From assembly GCF_044704955.1 (NCBI RefSeq), contig NC_091984.1, positions 177,816,001-177,880,000 on the forward strand: 64,000 bases of DNA, given 5' to 3'. Origin of the DNA: Pristiophorus japonicus. Its lineage: Eukaryota. The notes beneath the pieces were generated by a model. The model was not told the DNA's origin. It ran no database searches and saw only the letters and a program-made list of their open reading frames with translations. Each line of letters begins with the position of its first letter. Position 1 is the stretch's first letter. Shown piece after piece: positions 12,551 to 23,563 of this stretch. Position numbers and translations under genes: made by a program.

Positions 12551-12873
12551 ATCCGCGGGCACTCTCGGTGACCGTCCTTCCGCCTTCATCGGATCAAATC
12601 GCAGCGAAGAACAGGGCGATCCTGGTATGGTTGGTGAACGGCTTTAACCTGGGCGCTGCGGAGAATGAGTGTACTGTAGATGGCAGTGTGAGAGGGAATG
12701 GTGTTGAGACCAGTAGGATGCAGCAGGAGACCGACAACACATCCAGTGTGAGCAGTTATCTGACTCTGCCAGCCTCAGAGTGTAACTCGCACGTGCTTTA
12801 CTCCTGTGTGGTTAAACACGAGACTCAGGCAAACCCGCTTCAAACAAGCATCGCCAGATCCAGCTGTGTCTGA
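12551..12873 (+). pseudogene. Cluster 1 lambda constant exon
   Basis: Acceptor ACAG at 12547-12550. PRALSVTVLPPSSDQIAAKN..GVETSRMQQETDNT.SVSSYLTL..YSCVVKHE..SIARSSCV*. Frame is open, but the first Cys is Trp and the core Trp is Cys. Confidence 0.93.
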
Positions 12874-13148
12874 TTCGGAAACTGTACTTGACCGAGCTGA
12901 GAATGTGTCATGTGACAAAATGGGTAGAAATTTATTGTATTTCGAACGTTAAAAAAAACGGTTGGAACTTTTTCTTTCAAGACTTGTTAATTTTAAATGC
13001 TTTTCGATCGAAAGGTTGCCATGTTAACTGAAACCTCAATGTTAATTAATCTAGGTTATTGGACAGAATAACGTTAATTAAAAGATAAGAACACGAGTAT
13101 TACATTCAAAATAATTTGCTTACTCATAACCTGTTCTGAAATCGCTTT

Positions 13149-13154
13149 AATAAA
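13149..13154 (+). terminator. Poly(A) signal of cluster 1
   Basis: AATAAA in a 3' UTR that aligns with that of cluster 2 (AATAAA at 52969). Confidence 0.7.
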
Positions 13155-13543
13155 ATTATTGAATCAATCTCAAATGCAATACGGTTTTTACTGTCTTTTA
13201 TTTCTGCTGCAAAATAATTCAATTCTATGATGCAAGGTTTTCGGTGTTATTAAAGCTCGTGTAAGAAAGAGTGCGTGACGTTATCTGAAAACAAAGTAGC
13301 GTGTGACTGATGTGCCGATACTGCGCTGTACATTGCATGTGCGAGCACACATGTGAATTCGTGACTGGCTGTGGCAGGTTCAATGTGTTCAGCTTTATTT
13401 CTCAATGCATAGCGGGTGAAATTGGTCTTAGGTGAAAGAACAAGGTGGGCGATGGCAAATTAGTTGCTCGTTTTACACTGTATCCCGATTTGCTTCTCCA
13501 TTGAATTCTAGAAGAACAATTTCACCGAAAAGTTTAACTTAAT

Positions 13544-14214
13544 GGGGTAGATTTCCAACTTGTTGCCCGCAGTAAAATGGTGAATCAGCCGCAGGTTTTG
13601 GAGTCTCCTGATTTTCATTTCGACTGGTATGAATGTGATATATAGCGCTTATCACGTAACATAGGCGTCACAGGGAAGGTAAGCAAAGAAATATTGAGGT
13701 AGAAAGTAGTCCGGGGCTGTGTTTGGGCCGCCTAAGGCCTCATCGACATCTTCGAAGAGCAATGCCATGCCTATCGCACATCCACAGACAGGTCATCCCA
13801 CGAGAGAAATCAACTCCATAGGTTCCCAGAGCGGCTGCGATTAGGCAACAAGGATGGGAGCCACAAACCGACATGACTGCAGAGTCAGGGGAAGGAATAC
13901 TGCTCATCCTGGCTCCAAACAAAATATATTTATCTTTAAACTTACCTTCAGTTGGCCGACGCAGTGACTGCTGACGCATCCTGAGCGGAGCACGCCTGAC
14001 ACTTGCCTTGCTCATCAAGCAAAAAGTTTTTACTGCTGTCCGTCAATACGACATCTATTAATATATTTAAGCTCCTTTTAAAAATGGTGCTAAAACATCA
14101 GCAGTGCGACCTACGCCTGAGCAGATAGGGCGTAGTCTGTCACTGCTAAATTCGTCTGTTTTTCATCCATTTTACGGGCGACAAATGGGAGCAACGAATA
14201 CCAATTTCTACCCC
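13544..14214. mobile_element. Non-autonomous DNA transposon (MITE, probably Harbinger-type)
   Basis: Terminal inverted repeats GGGGTAGA...TCTACCCC, non-coding interior. Confidence 0.5.
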
Positions 14215-14439
14215 ACTAGGAGGGATGACCACAAGCTTGGTCAGAGATGGGGTCTAAGGAAGGTCTTAAAAAGGAGAGGCACGTAGAGAGATTTAGGGAG
14301 TGAATTCTAGACCACAGAGCCAAGATTGCTGTAGCCGCGGCTCCCATTTGTGGTGCAAATTGAATGGGGAATGGGGGAAGAGGCTCTGCTGGAGACAGGC
14401 AGTGTGCTCGAACGGTGCCGGGCACGAGGAGGTTACAGA

Positions 14440-14765
14440 AATCTGGGGACCTTTGTTCATGCAACAAAAAAGTTAGTATGCAGGAAGTGCAAGTAATTAG
14501 TAAGGCAAATTGAATGTTAACCTTTATTACAAGGGGTATAGAGTAAACAAGTAGGGAAGTCCTGCTACAATTACAGGGCGTTGGTGAGACCACACTTGGA
14601 GTACTGCGAACAGTTTTGGTCTCCTTATGTAAAGAGGAATGAACTTGCATTGGAAGCAATTCAAAGAAGAATCCTGAGATGAAGGTGTTGTGAAATGAAG
14701 AAAGGTTGAGCAGGTTGGGCGTATACTCATAGGAGTTTAGAAGAATGAGAAGTGACGTTATTGAA
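14440..14765 (+). mobile_element. CR1 RT C-terminal fragment
   Basis: Degenerate LVRPHLEYC and GAGTTTAGAAGAATGAGA segments. Confidence 0.7.
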
Positions 14766-15244
14766 GAGTATATCTCTCTGCCCACGCCTCTCTCTATCTC
14801 TTCCCCTCCCCCTGCCCAGCCTCTCTCGCTATCGGGCCCAAGGACTGAAGCTATCGGATCCCCGGCAGCCGCTCTCGGGCCCAGGACCACCGGCAGCTCA
14901 CGAGCCCACGCCCGAGGGAGCGATTCGGGACAGAGCGAGGGAGCAAGTCGGCGAGGGATCGAGTCGGCGAGTGAGTGAGTCGAGGCCTAGCAAGGGAGCG
15001 AGTCCTGGAGGGGTGGAGGGAGCAAGTCAGTGAGGGAATCAGCGGAGTCTCGAGCCTCAGGTCATGCGGCACCACGTGGAGGGAATGATTCGAGGCACCG
15101 GAGGGGCGGCCGGAGCTTGACAGCGAGCGTGGATTGTCGCCTGTCGGTCAAAAAAGTGCAATACGTGCAGGGGGGCGGGGGTGGGTGTGTGGTGGGGATG
15201 GACGCCTCTCTGTCAAAGAAAAGTGCAATACAAATAATTAATTT

Positions 15245-16010
15245 GTTCAGATAATGGCGCCAAGTGGCAGCAGGCAGACGATGAAGTGATGGGGAACATA
15301 AACAGATCCTTGCCGGAATCCAGAAGTAATAGTGTGGGTGGGAAGAGAATCCATTGCTGGAGAGGTTTTGGCTAAGATGGGGTAGGTAACAGTGGAACCA
15401 AGGAACGATAGGGCATTGGAAGAAGATGGTGCATTCAACCATGTCAAAGACTGCGGAGGGGTCGTAAAGGACGTGGCTGAATTCTGAACCATGGTCACAG
15501 TCAGAGAGTATGTCATTTGTTTCTTTGATTAGGGCTATTATGGTGGTGTGGCAGTGGTGGAAATCTAATTGCAGAGTTTCAAACATCGTGTTGTGGAAAA
15601 AATGTGCATGGCTTTGGGAGGTAATAACACGCTTAATGACGTTGAAGTGGAAAAAGAAGTTGGAGATGGTGTGGCAGTTTAAAAGGACAGAGGGGTCAAG
15701 AGTGTTTTTTGAGGACAGGAGAGATGATAGCAGTTTTCAAAGGAAGAAGTCAATGCTTGAACAGAGGTAACTGTTTACAATGTTAGCAGGCATGGGGAAC
15801 AAAAAGGGAAGCACGGTGGTCAGCAGTTTAGTGAGAACGTATCAAGTAACAGCATGTAGGTCCTCTGGACCAGATAAGCTTGGAGAGGGAATAGAAGAAA
15901 AAGTAGAGAACATTACAGGTTCAGGCATAGGACAGAGAGGAAGGGGGAAGCAAAGAGGCAACAGAGTGGATAAATCCCAGTGACAAGGAACTCCATGAGC
16001 ATCTCATTCT
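15245..16010 (-). mobile_element. L2 LINE RT fragment
   Basis: ORF 15062-15586 includes TIIALIKETNDIL..DPSAVFDMVE (the DLSAAFDTV motif). Paralogous copy at 56265-56660. Confidence 0.7.
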
Positions 16011-17760
16011 AGCCAAAGGCAAGTAAGTACGGATTTATGAAAGGGAAATCGTGTTTAACAAATCTGTTAGAATTTTTTGAGGTTGTAACTAGCAGGGTAG
16101 ATAAGGATGTAGTTTATTTGTATATTTAAAAAAGCATTAGATCAGGTGCCACATTAGGATTAACGGGATTCGGGGTAATATTTTAGCATGGATAAAGTAT
16201 TTATTAATGGAGAGAAAGTAAACTGGTCATTTTCGGATTGGCAGGCTGTAACTAGTATGGGACCGCATGAATCAATGCTTGGGCCTCAGCTATTTGCAAT
16301 CGATATCAATGGCTTAAATGAGCGGACTGGGTCTAATATATTCACGTTTGCTGACGATACAATGCTGGGCGGTAAGCAAGTTGTGAGGAGGACATAAGAA
16401 CATAAGAAATATTAGCAGGAGTAGGCAACCTGGCCCTCGAGCCTGTTCCTCCATTTAATAAGATCATGGCTGATCTGATCATGGACTCAGCTCCATTTAC
16501 ATAAGAACAAAAAAACATAAGAACATAAGAAATAGGTACAGGAGTAGGACATACGGCCCCTCGACGCTGCTCCGCCATTCAATAAGATCATGGCTGATCT
16601 AATCATGGACTCAGCTCCACTTCCCCGTCCGCTCCCCATAATCCCTTATCCCCTTATTGTTTACGAAACTGCCTATTTCTGTTTTAAATGTATTCAATGT
16701 CCCAGCTTCCATAGCTCTCTGACACAGCGAATTTCAGATTTATAACCCTCTGAGAGAAGAAATTTCTCCTCATCTCTGTTTTAAATGGGCGGCCCCTTAT
16801 TCTAATATCGTGCCCTCTGGTTCTATTCTTCCCCATCAGTGGAAACATCCTCTCTGCATCCACCTTGTCAAGCCCCCTCGTAATCTTATACGTTTCGATA
16901 AGATCATCTCTCATTCTTCTGAATTCCAATGAGTAAATGGCCAATCTCCCTGCTTCCCTGCCCGCTCCCCATAATCCTTTATTCCCTTATCGATGAAAAA
17001 TCTGTCTATCTCCGCCTTAAATATATTCAATGACCCAGCCTCCGCAGCTCTCTTGGGCAGAGAATGCCATAGATTTACAACCCTCTGAGAGAAGAAAATT
17101 CTCCTAATCTTAGAACGCAAAGAGGCTGCAAAGGGATATAGACAGTTTAACTGAGTGGGCAAGAACATGGCAGATGGATTATAATGTGGAGAATTGTGAA
17201 GTTATCCAGTTTGGTCAGAAGCATTGAAAAGTAGTGTACAGTTTTAGTCTCCTTACCTAAGGAAGGATACCTGCCATGGATGAAGTACAACATAGGCTCA
17301 CTAGACTAATTCCTGTGATGGGGGCATTGTCCTATGAGGAGAGTAGACCAGACCTATATTCCCTAGAGTTTAGAAGAATGAGAGGTAATCTCATTGAAAC
17401 GCATACAATTCTTAAGGGGCTTGACAGGGTAGATGCTTTGAAGATATTTCCCCTGGCTGAGGATTCTAGAACCAGGGTCACAGTCTCAGAATAAATGGTT
17501 GACATTTTATGATGCAGCTGTGGAGAAATGTTTTCACTTAAACGGTTCTGAATTTTTGGAATTCTGTACCCAGAGGGCTGTAGATGTCCAGTTGTTGAGT
17601 ATATTCAAGACAGAGATCGATAGATTTTTGGATACTTAGGGAAGCAACGGATATCAGGATAGTGTGGGAAGTTAGAGTTGAGGTAGAAAATCAGTCATGA
17701 ACAGCGGAATAGTTTCGAAGGACCGAATGATCTACACCTCCTTTTATTTCTTATGTTCCG
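16010..17760 (+). mobile_element. CR1 fragment with inverted CR1 3'-end pieces inserted (~16394-17110)
   Basis: RT motifs GPQLF..FADD on the + strand, CR1 3' ends with (CATAAGAA)n on the - strand. Paralog at ~56670-57780 lacks the inverted inserts. Confidence 0.75.
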
Positions 17761-17890
17761 AAATAAAGGAATATATTTATTTAAACAAACTTACAGAATA
17801 CTTTCCACAACATGCACCTTATCTTGGCTTAGTTCCGTGCATAGGTATATGCAACATATATGATCGTTCCTTCATTTCATCCTGGATATT

Positions 17891-18444
17891 TGTTTTGGAT
17901 CAATAATAATAGGCCCAGGTTCGGGATCTGGATGAATGTTAAATAAGGGACAAGACAAATGAAGTAAAGAATAAAACATCGTTTACTGAGAGAAAAGAAA
18001 CATTAATAATACAGTTTACAAAGAAATGAGAAGTATGATAAGATGCAACAACGCTCACGGCCTTCCGCCCGTCGGGAACTCCACAAGCGATGGCTGGTCT
18101 GGAGCATTGGGGGTCCCGGCACCGCTCGCGAATCACGGTCCAAGGTGAAGTTCAAAGAGCTACGGGACAGTGCAGTACCTTTATACAATCAAATAAACAT
18201 ACTATTGAACAAAACATGGGTGCATGTGGCTTATGGCCAACTCCTAATCTGTAAGGCCCCAGGTGCTTGTCCACAAAGCATGAGACCTCGAGCCACGGAC
18301 CGTCTCCAAACTAGCTGGTGTGCATCTCAAGGTTGCATTTCCTCTCTCTCTCTAGCAACAACATTCACGAGGCATGAAGCAGAGACACAATGTAAATGAC
18401 TAAATATCATAATTAACCCTATATTATTAACCCTATACAATACA
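17891..18444 (-). repeat. 3' LTR (554 bp)
   Basis: About 93% identical to 25263-25813 by manual count. Minus-strand TATAAA near 18183 and AGTAAA at 17982-17987. Confidence 0.95.
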
Positions 18445-18454
18445 ATCCACCCTT
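18445..18454 (-). other. Polypurine tract
   Basis: Minus strand AAGGGTGGAT directly precedes the TG of the 3' LTR. Confidence 0.75.
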
Positions 18455-18468
18455 GATATTTAGACATT

Positions 18469-20432
18469 CTATGTAATATAATCAATTTGAAGGTGTAATG
18501 CATCAGTTACACGTTGAGTATATGCAAGCAACGCCCGCAATCTACACCAAAGAATACATACAAACAGTAACGCGACAAGTAAAACAACAATAGGATGTAT
18601 TAACAGCTTCAAAGCAGCGGATGTTTTTAGGGACCATCCGTAAAAAATGTCCCACCAATGGTGTACCGTAAGGTCAGTGACTGTTGTTGCAAATCTGACC
18701 AAGGTGCCTTCACTGTAACTCATAGCAACTTGCAGAGTATGAAGCATACACCCTCAATTTGCTCAATTCATCAGTGACCTTTTGATTATCTTTTAGAAAT
18801 TCAGCTAAATGAGTTAGGTCTGCAGTGGGAGGAAGGTTAGTAATGCCTAGGACGGTGCGATGGTGCACAACATTTTTCCATCGTCCTAATTGATATGACC
18901 TTTTAGAATGAAGGTCATATATGGTATACACATATTTAAAACAAGCATTTAGAGGAGGATCTTGACGGGCGCCGTCAAGATAAATGGGATAGACACTAGT
19001 AATACAAACATGATTCTGTCCAATTTCATGTAAAATTGTATCATTGTATGGTACAAGTGTCCAAATACATGGTCCCGCTGTATGCTGTAGGGAGCATGGT
19101 TCAAACACAGGTGTGTGCAAAGGACACATGATACCGAAGGACCATATTTGACAATTTTGAGCTTAGTGAGTTCTATTGCTAGTATCAATCCATCCACCTT
19201 GAACTCGGGTACCCACAGATTTTGGCCATACAGATGGGGAAGCACTATAAACTGGCACCAAGTGTTGGTTTTTGTGATATTGACTATTCTCATAATAAAG
19301 TTACACCGCTGGTCATCACAATGTGTATGTTGCATATCAGGTTTTACCCCTAGATTTCTATTGCCGAAGTGGAATATTTTGCTCCAACTATTTGCATACC
19401 CTGACAGGGCAATACGTTCTAACTTGGCCCTTAATAGCTGCCGGGTTATTTCTTCAAACATGCATTGTGTGTGATGACCTAATTCTTCTTGTCACCCGGT
19501 AGCACTCCCTATCTCTTGAATAGTTTTAACTATGTGTTCCCATCACATTATGTCCAACAGCCAACTAGAAAACATCTGTTCTATGAGACCTCTGTCCCAT
19601 GCATTTCGCAATCGAATTGCATCTCCAGTGAGTCTCCCTACCTTTTGTATTTTGTTTTGTAAGGTCTCGATATCCATAGAGTTTAATGGTCCAATCCCCG
19701 TTCCTACTCCTCCTAATATTGTGGCTAATATATTACGCCTTTGTCTTACTAACATTTTCAGATTTGCTTTAATTGTTGCTATATTACAAGTGTCAGACGG
19801 CCTGTCCGCATACCGGACTTGTAGTGTGAGACTCAATATGGGTGGGGATGTAACCACAGGTGTACATGTAGCGTGTAGTCGTTGCAAATGATCCATGGGG
19901 CTCTTAGAATGCTTAACTACAGGCATTGACCAAAAGTGGCCTATAATTCCCCTACCAGTGATTTCAGAGGCATTTTTACATCCATACCATAGAGACGCAT
20001 TTAACTTAATTTCGCCTGACATAGTGTCATTGCTTGATGTAACGCTGCGGGCCCAACTCCTTAACCACGTGGCGTTGTGCAATAACGACAGATTGGGGTG
20101 CATATTGGAAGTCATTGTCATATCTTTTTGCCACTTGATTGATAACGTGATGCTGGCCCCTGTGCTTACTGTTAATAGCACCTGTCCTGGGCCTCCCCAG
20201 TACCCGAATGCATCACAAGTGAGCTCCAGTATCCTATAGTGCAGGCTTGCCTGGTAGGACAGGTAAAATTGTCTTGTGTACGATCAGTGTTAACTAACCG
20301 CCATCCTATACGGCCATCCCATGCTGTGCTTGAGGATGGAAGTAGCACAGTCAAAGATAACGAGACACAGAGACTGGCCAGCACGAGTTGGTAAGTCACC
20401 ATTTTGGGCAGAATTCCTTTGGGACGAAACAT
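18469..20432 (-). pseudogene. env: ERV env (about 650 codons, frameshifted)
   Basis: Signal peptide LVLASLCVSLSLTVLL. Furin site RQRR (19746-19735), then fusion peptide NILATILGGVGTGIG. HHWWDIFYGWS, TM helix LLIHPIVVLLVALLFVCILW and a short tail. Confidence 0.88.
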
Positions 20433-20445
20433 AAGTATGTTAATT

Positions 20446-23400
20446 TCAGCCTCGTTTAGTCAATTTACCCTTGTCAACACAGAGAGGAATATCTTGACCA
20501 GTCAGGAGCACCCAATAATGTTTCCTTCTCCTTTCGCGAAGAATTCCCCTGCTTGAAAGATTTTCAGGGGGTACTGCACCCACACTTTTCCTTCTTCCCA
20601 AACTGTGTCCTGAGTCTGATTTTCTTTTTCAATAGTAGGGACACTAACTTTGCCTAACATGTGGCTTATGGGAGTTCCCCCCGCAATGGTCGGTGATTCA
20701 GATTGTGCACTGCGTGTGGCAAGACCTTTAACTACCCTTGCAATATGTTAGTGGGAGTTAATATTTTAATCTGTTGCTTAAGTAATCCATTCATGCGTTC
20801 TATTAACCCTGCAACTTGTGGATAGTAAGATATGTGAAACATCCAATAGATCCCGTTGTCTATCGCCCACTGTTGCACTGTTTGACCTGTGAAGTGCGAC
20901 CCATTATCGGACTGTACTTCTGCTGGCTCACCGTAGTATGTGATTAAATTCTCTAGTCCTTTAATCGTACTTTGTTGATTCGCTTTAGTCACTGGATAAG
21001 CTATCAAAAGCCCAGAATAGGTATCAACAACAGTGAGCAAATATTGGAACCGTTGTTGCAATGGTAAAGATCCTACATAATCAACTTGCCATATTTGTGC
21101 TAGTTGAGTCTCTCTCTTAATATGGGCACCGGTTTTCCATTGTCGGGGAAAATGCTTCCCCTTTTGACAAATTTCACAGGTGTTTATGACCTGTTTAACA
21201 CCGTCCGTAGTCAAATGTAACCACCTATTTCGTGCCCATTGTATCGTACCCTGAATGCCCAAATGTCCAGATTTATGGTGGGGCCACTTGCCTATGCCAT
21301 ATTTTTCCTCTTCTGCCTTTTTTACAGCCCGCACCCAGGCTATATTATCAACGGTGTTATTATATTCAGAGGTCTTCGAAGTGTTTTTCCTGTGAGCGTC
21401 CACATGATATACAGTTATTTTCATCTTCTGGGCTTTGGACCATATTTGTTCCCATAGGTGCTTTCCCCACAAGTCTTTCCCAGTTATTTTCCAGTTATGT
21501 TCATGCTAGTTTCGCATCCAGCTCGCCATGCCATTGGCTACTGCCCATGAGTCAGTATATATGTGTACTTGTTGCTGTTCCTCTTCTAACGCAAGGACTA
21601 CAGCTGCTAGTTCTTCTAGCTGGCTGGAGCCTCTCACACCTTCATCATGCACAATTGTCTAGGTTTTTGGATTGAAGGTAACGGCTCCCCATTGCCGAAG
21701 GCCGTTTCGCCAGACCACTGAGCCATCTGTGAACCAGGCATGGCTACGCTCTTCAGGTGTTAACTGTTCAAAAGACACGCCCCACAAGATTGGTGACTCC
21801 TGCGTTAAACTGACAGATGACTGTGCAAGTTCACTCTCAGCTGTTTGTGGGTATTCAGCCACATGCTCATGTCGTCGGGTGATTCCTTCTTTTCCTTTAC
21901 TTGCTCTGTCTGCGATATACCATTTTCAGCGCACTATGGAGCTCTGCTGCGCTCACTCTGTGTGTCTCATTTTCTGAGAGAACCCAGGATAATATGGGTA
22001 GGTCTGGCCTTAAACTGACTTTGTCGTCCCCTGTCTGTCCTTCTGTTTCTGTTAGGGCCGAATAACATGCTAATAATTGTTTCTCAAATGGAGTGTAACG
22101 AGTAGCAGATTCTGTCAATTTTCTAGACCAGAACCCTAACGATATATGAATGCCATGTTGAACCTGCCACAAACTCCATACTGCAGTATCATTGGTAACG
22201 GATACTTGTAGCTCAAAAGGCTGTCCAGGCACTCGCGGGGCTTGGGGTAAAGCTTGAGCTACGGCTTTTTTGGCTGCATTAAAAGCCACCTGTTGTTCCT
22301 TTCCCCACTCGAAGTGGGCCTTTTTATGTGTTACGGCATACAGTGGTTCTAATAACATCGTGAGGTGAGGTATGTGTCTCCTCCAGTAACCTAATAGTCC
22401 CACGAACCGTTGTGTCTTAGTTTTATTCGTGGGGGTGGCCATTTCTTGAATTTTATTCTTCACAGGCTCGGGTATGATGCACTCCCCAGAGACCATTGGA
22501 TCCCAAGAAACTGGACATTCTGGCTAGGGCCTTGTACCTTCTTCGAATTTATCTCCCAGCCCCTGTCTCGCATGTGTTGGACTAAAATAACTAGGGCTTC
22601 TGACACCACTGCCTCGGTAGGACCCTGATTAGTGCATCATCGATGTAATGTGCCAGTGAGACGTTAGGAGCCAAAGTGCACATGTCCAGGTCCCGGGCCA
22701 CCAAACCATGGCATAGGGTAGGGCTATGTAGGTAACCATGAGGTAGGCGTTTAAACATGTATTGCCTTCCTTCCCAAGTGAATGCAAACTGGTCCTGGGA
22801 TTCTTCCTCTATTGGAATGGAGAAAAAGGCATTTGCCAGGTCGCTTACTGCAAACCATTCCGCACCTTCTTCAGACAGCCGCTCTGTTATAGTTAATACA
22901 TCTGGGACAGCGGTTGCCAGGGGAGGGCCAAATTTGTTCAGTTGTCGGTAGTCCACAGTCATCCTCCAACATTTGTCGGGTTTCTGCACAGGCCAGACAG
23001 GGCTATTGTAGGGGGACACCACATGTCTAATGATACCCGCTTCCAAGAGCTCTTGTATGGTTTCCCCTATTTCTTTGTGTCCTCCAGGTATTCGGTACTG
23101 TTTCATAGTCAGTATACGCGATGGCCGTGGTATTACCACTGGTTCCCACTTTGCTTCCGCTACAATCACAGTGATCGCCCGTATCCAGAATGAGAATCGC
23201 CTGAATGAGGTGCTGTGTGTGGTTCCCTTTAAAAGGTCCATCCCAATAATATGTTCCTTTACTGCCTATATTAAGACCATTACCCAGTGTGGAGGCCCAT
23301 TTCCCAACGCCATTCTGATATTTGTTCGGACAGCGGGCGTTTCTGCCCCTCCAAACCCATTAATCATCATACGGGTCCCCGTGTGTTTCTTAGGATTTCC

Positions 23401-23563
23401 ATGGAAAATAGTAACTTCTGCTCCTGTGTCTAGTAAAGCCACATCTCTTTGTATGTTCCCCTCCCCGCCAATGTATCATAATCGGAATGTGTGGCCTCAG
23501 ATCTCGAGGAGCTTGGGTTGATCTGGTTCTAACGGGGGATACTCCCGGATCCCAGCCACAACC
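20446..23563 (-). pseudogene. pol: ERV pro-pol (protease, RT, RNase H, integrase), disrupted, no dUTPase seen
   Basis: DLRPH..IHW, ALLDTGAE; WRMTVDYR, DLANAFF, YIDD; WFTDGS; HHKSGH..CEIC, WQVD..SDNG..IERMNG. Confidence 0.93.

Larger units (their letters stand above)
4704..12873 (+). pseudogene. IGL: Ig lambda (type II/NS3-like) light-chain cluster 1: leader, germline-joined VJ, C
   Basis: Three exons with phase-1 GT/AG introns. The C domain matches the recalled shark lambda C pattern. Leader stop, two V frameshifts and loss of canonical Cys in V and C. Confidence 0.92.

Noticed and set aside
16394-16620. Short direct repeats (CATAAGAA)n and duplicated ~100-bp blocks as an array
   Set aside because: These are stacked CR1 3' ends with microsatellite tails, not a CRISPR-like or satellite array.
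18043-18399. 118-aa antisense ORF in the LTR as an accessory gene
   Set aside because: The other LTR truncates it at 69 aa and it has no recognisable motif.
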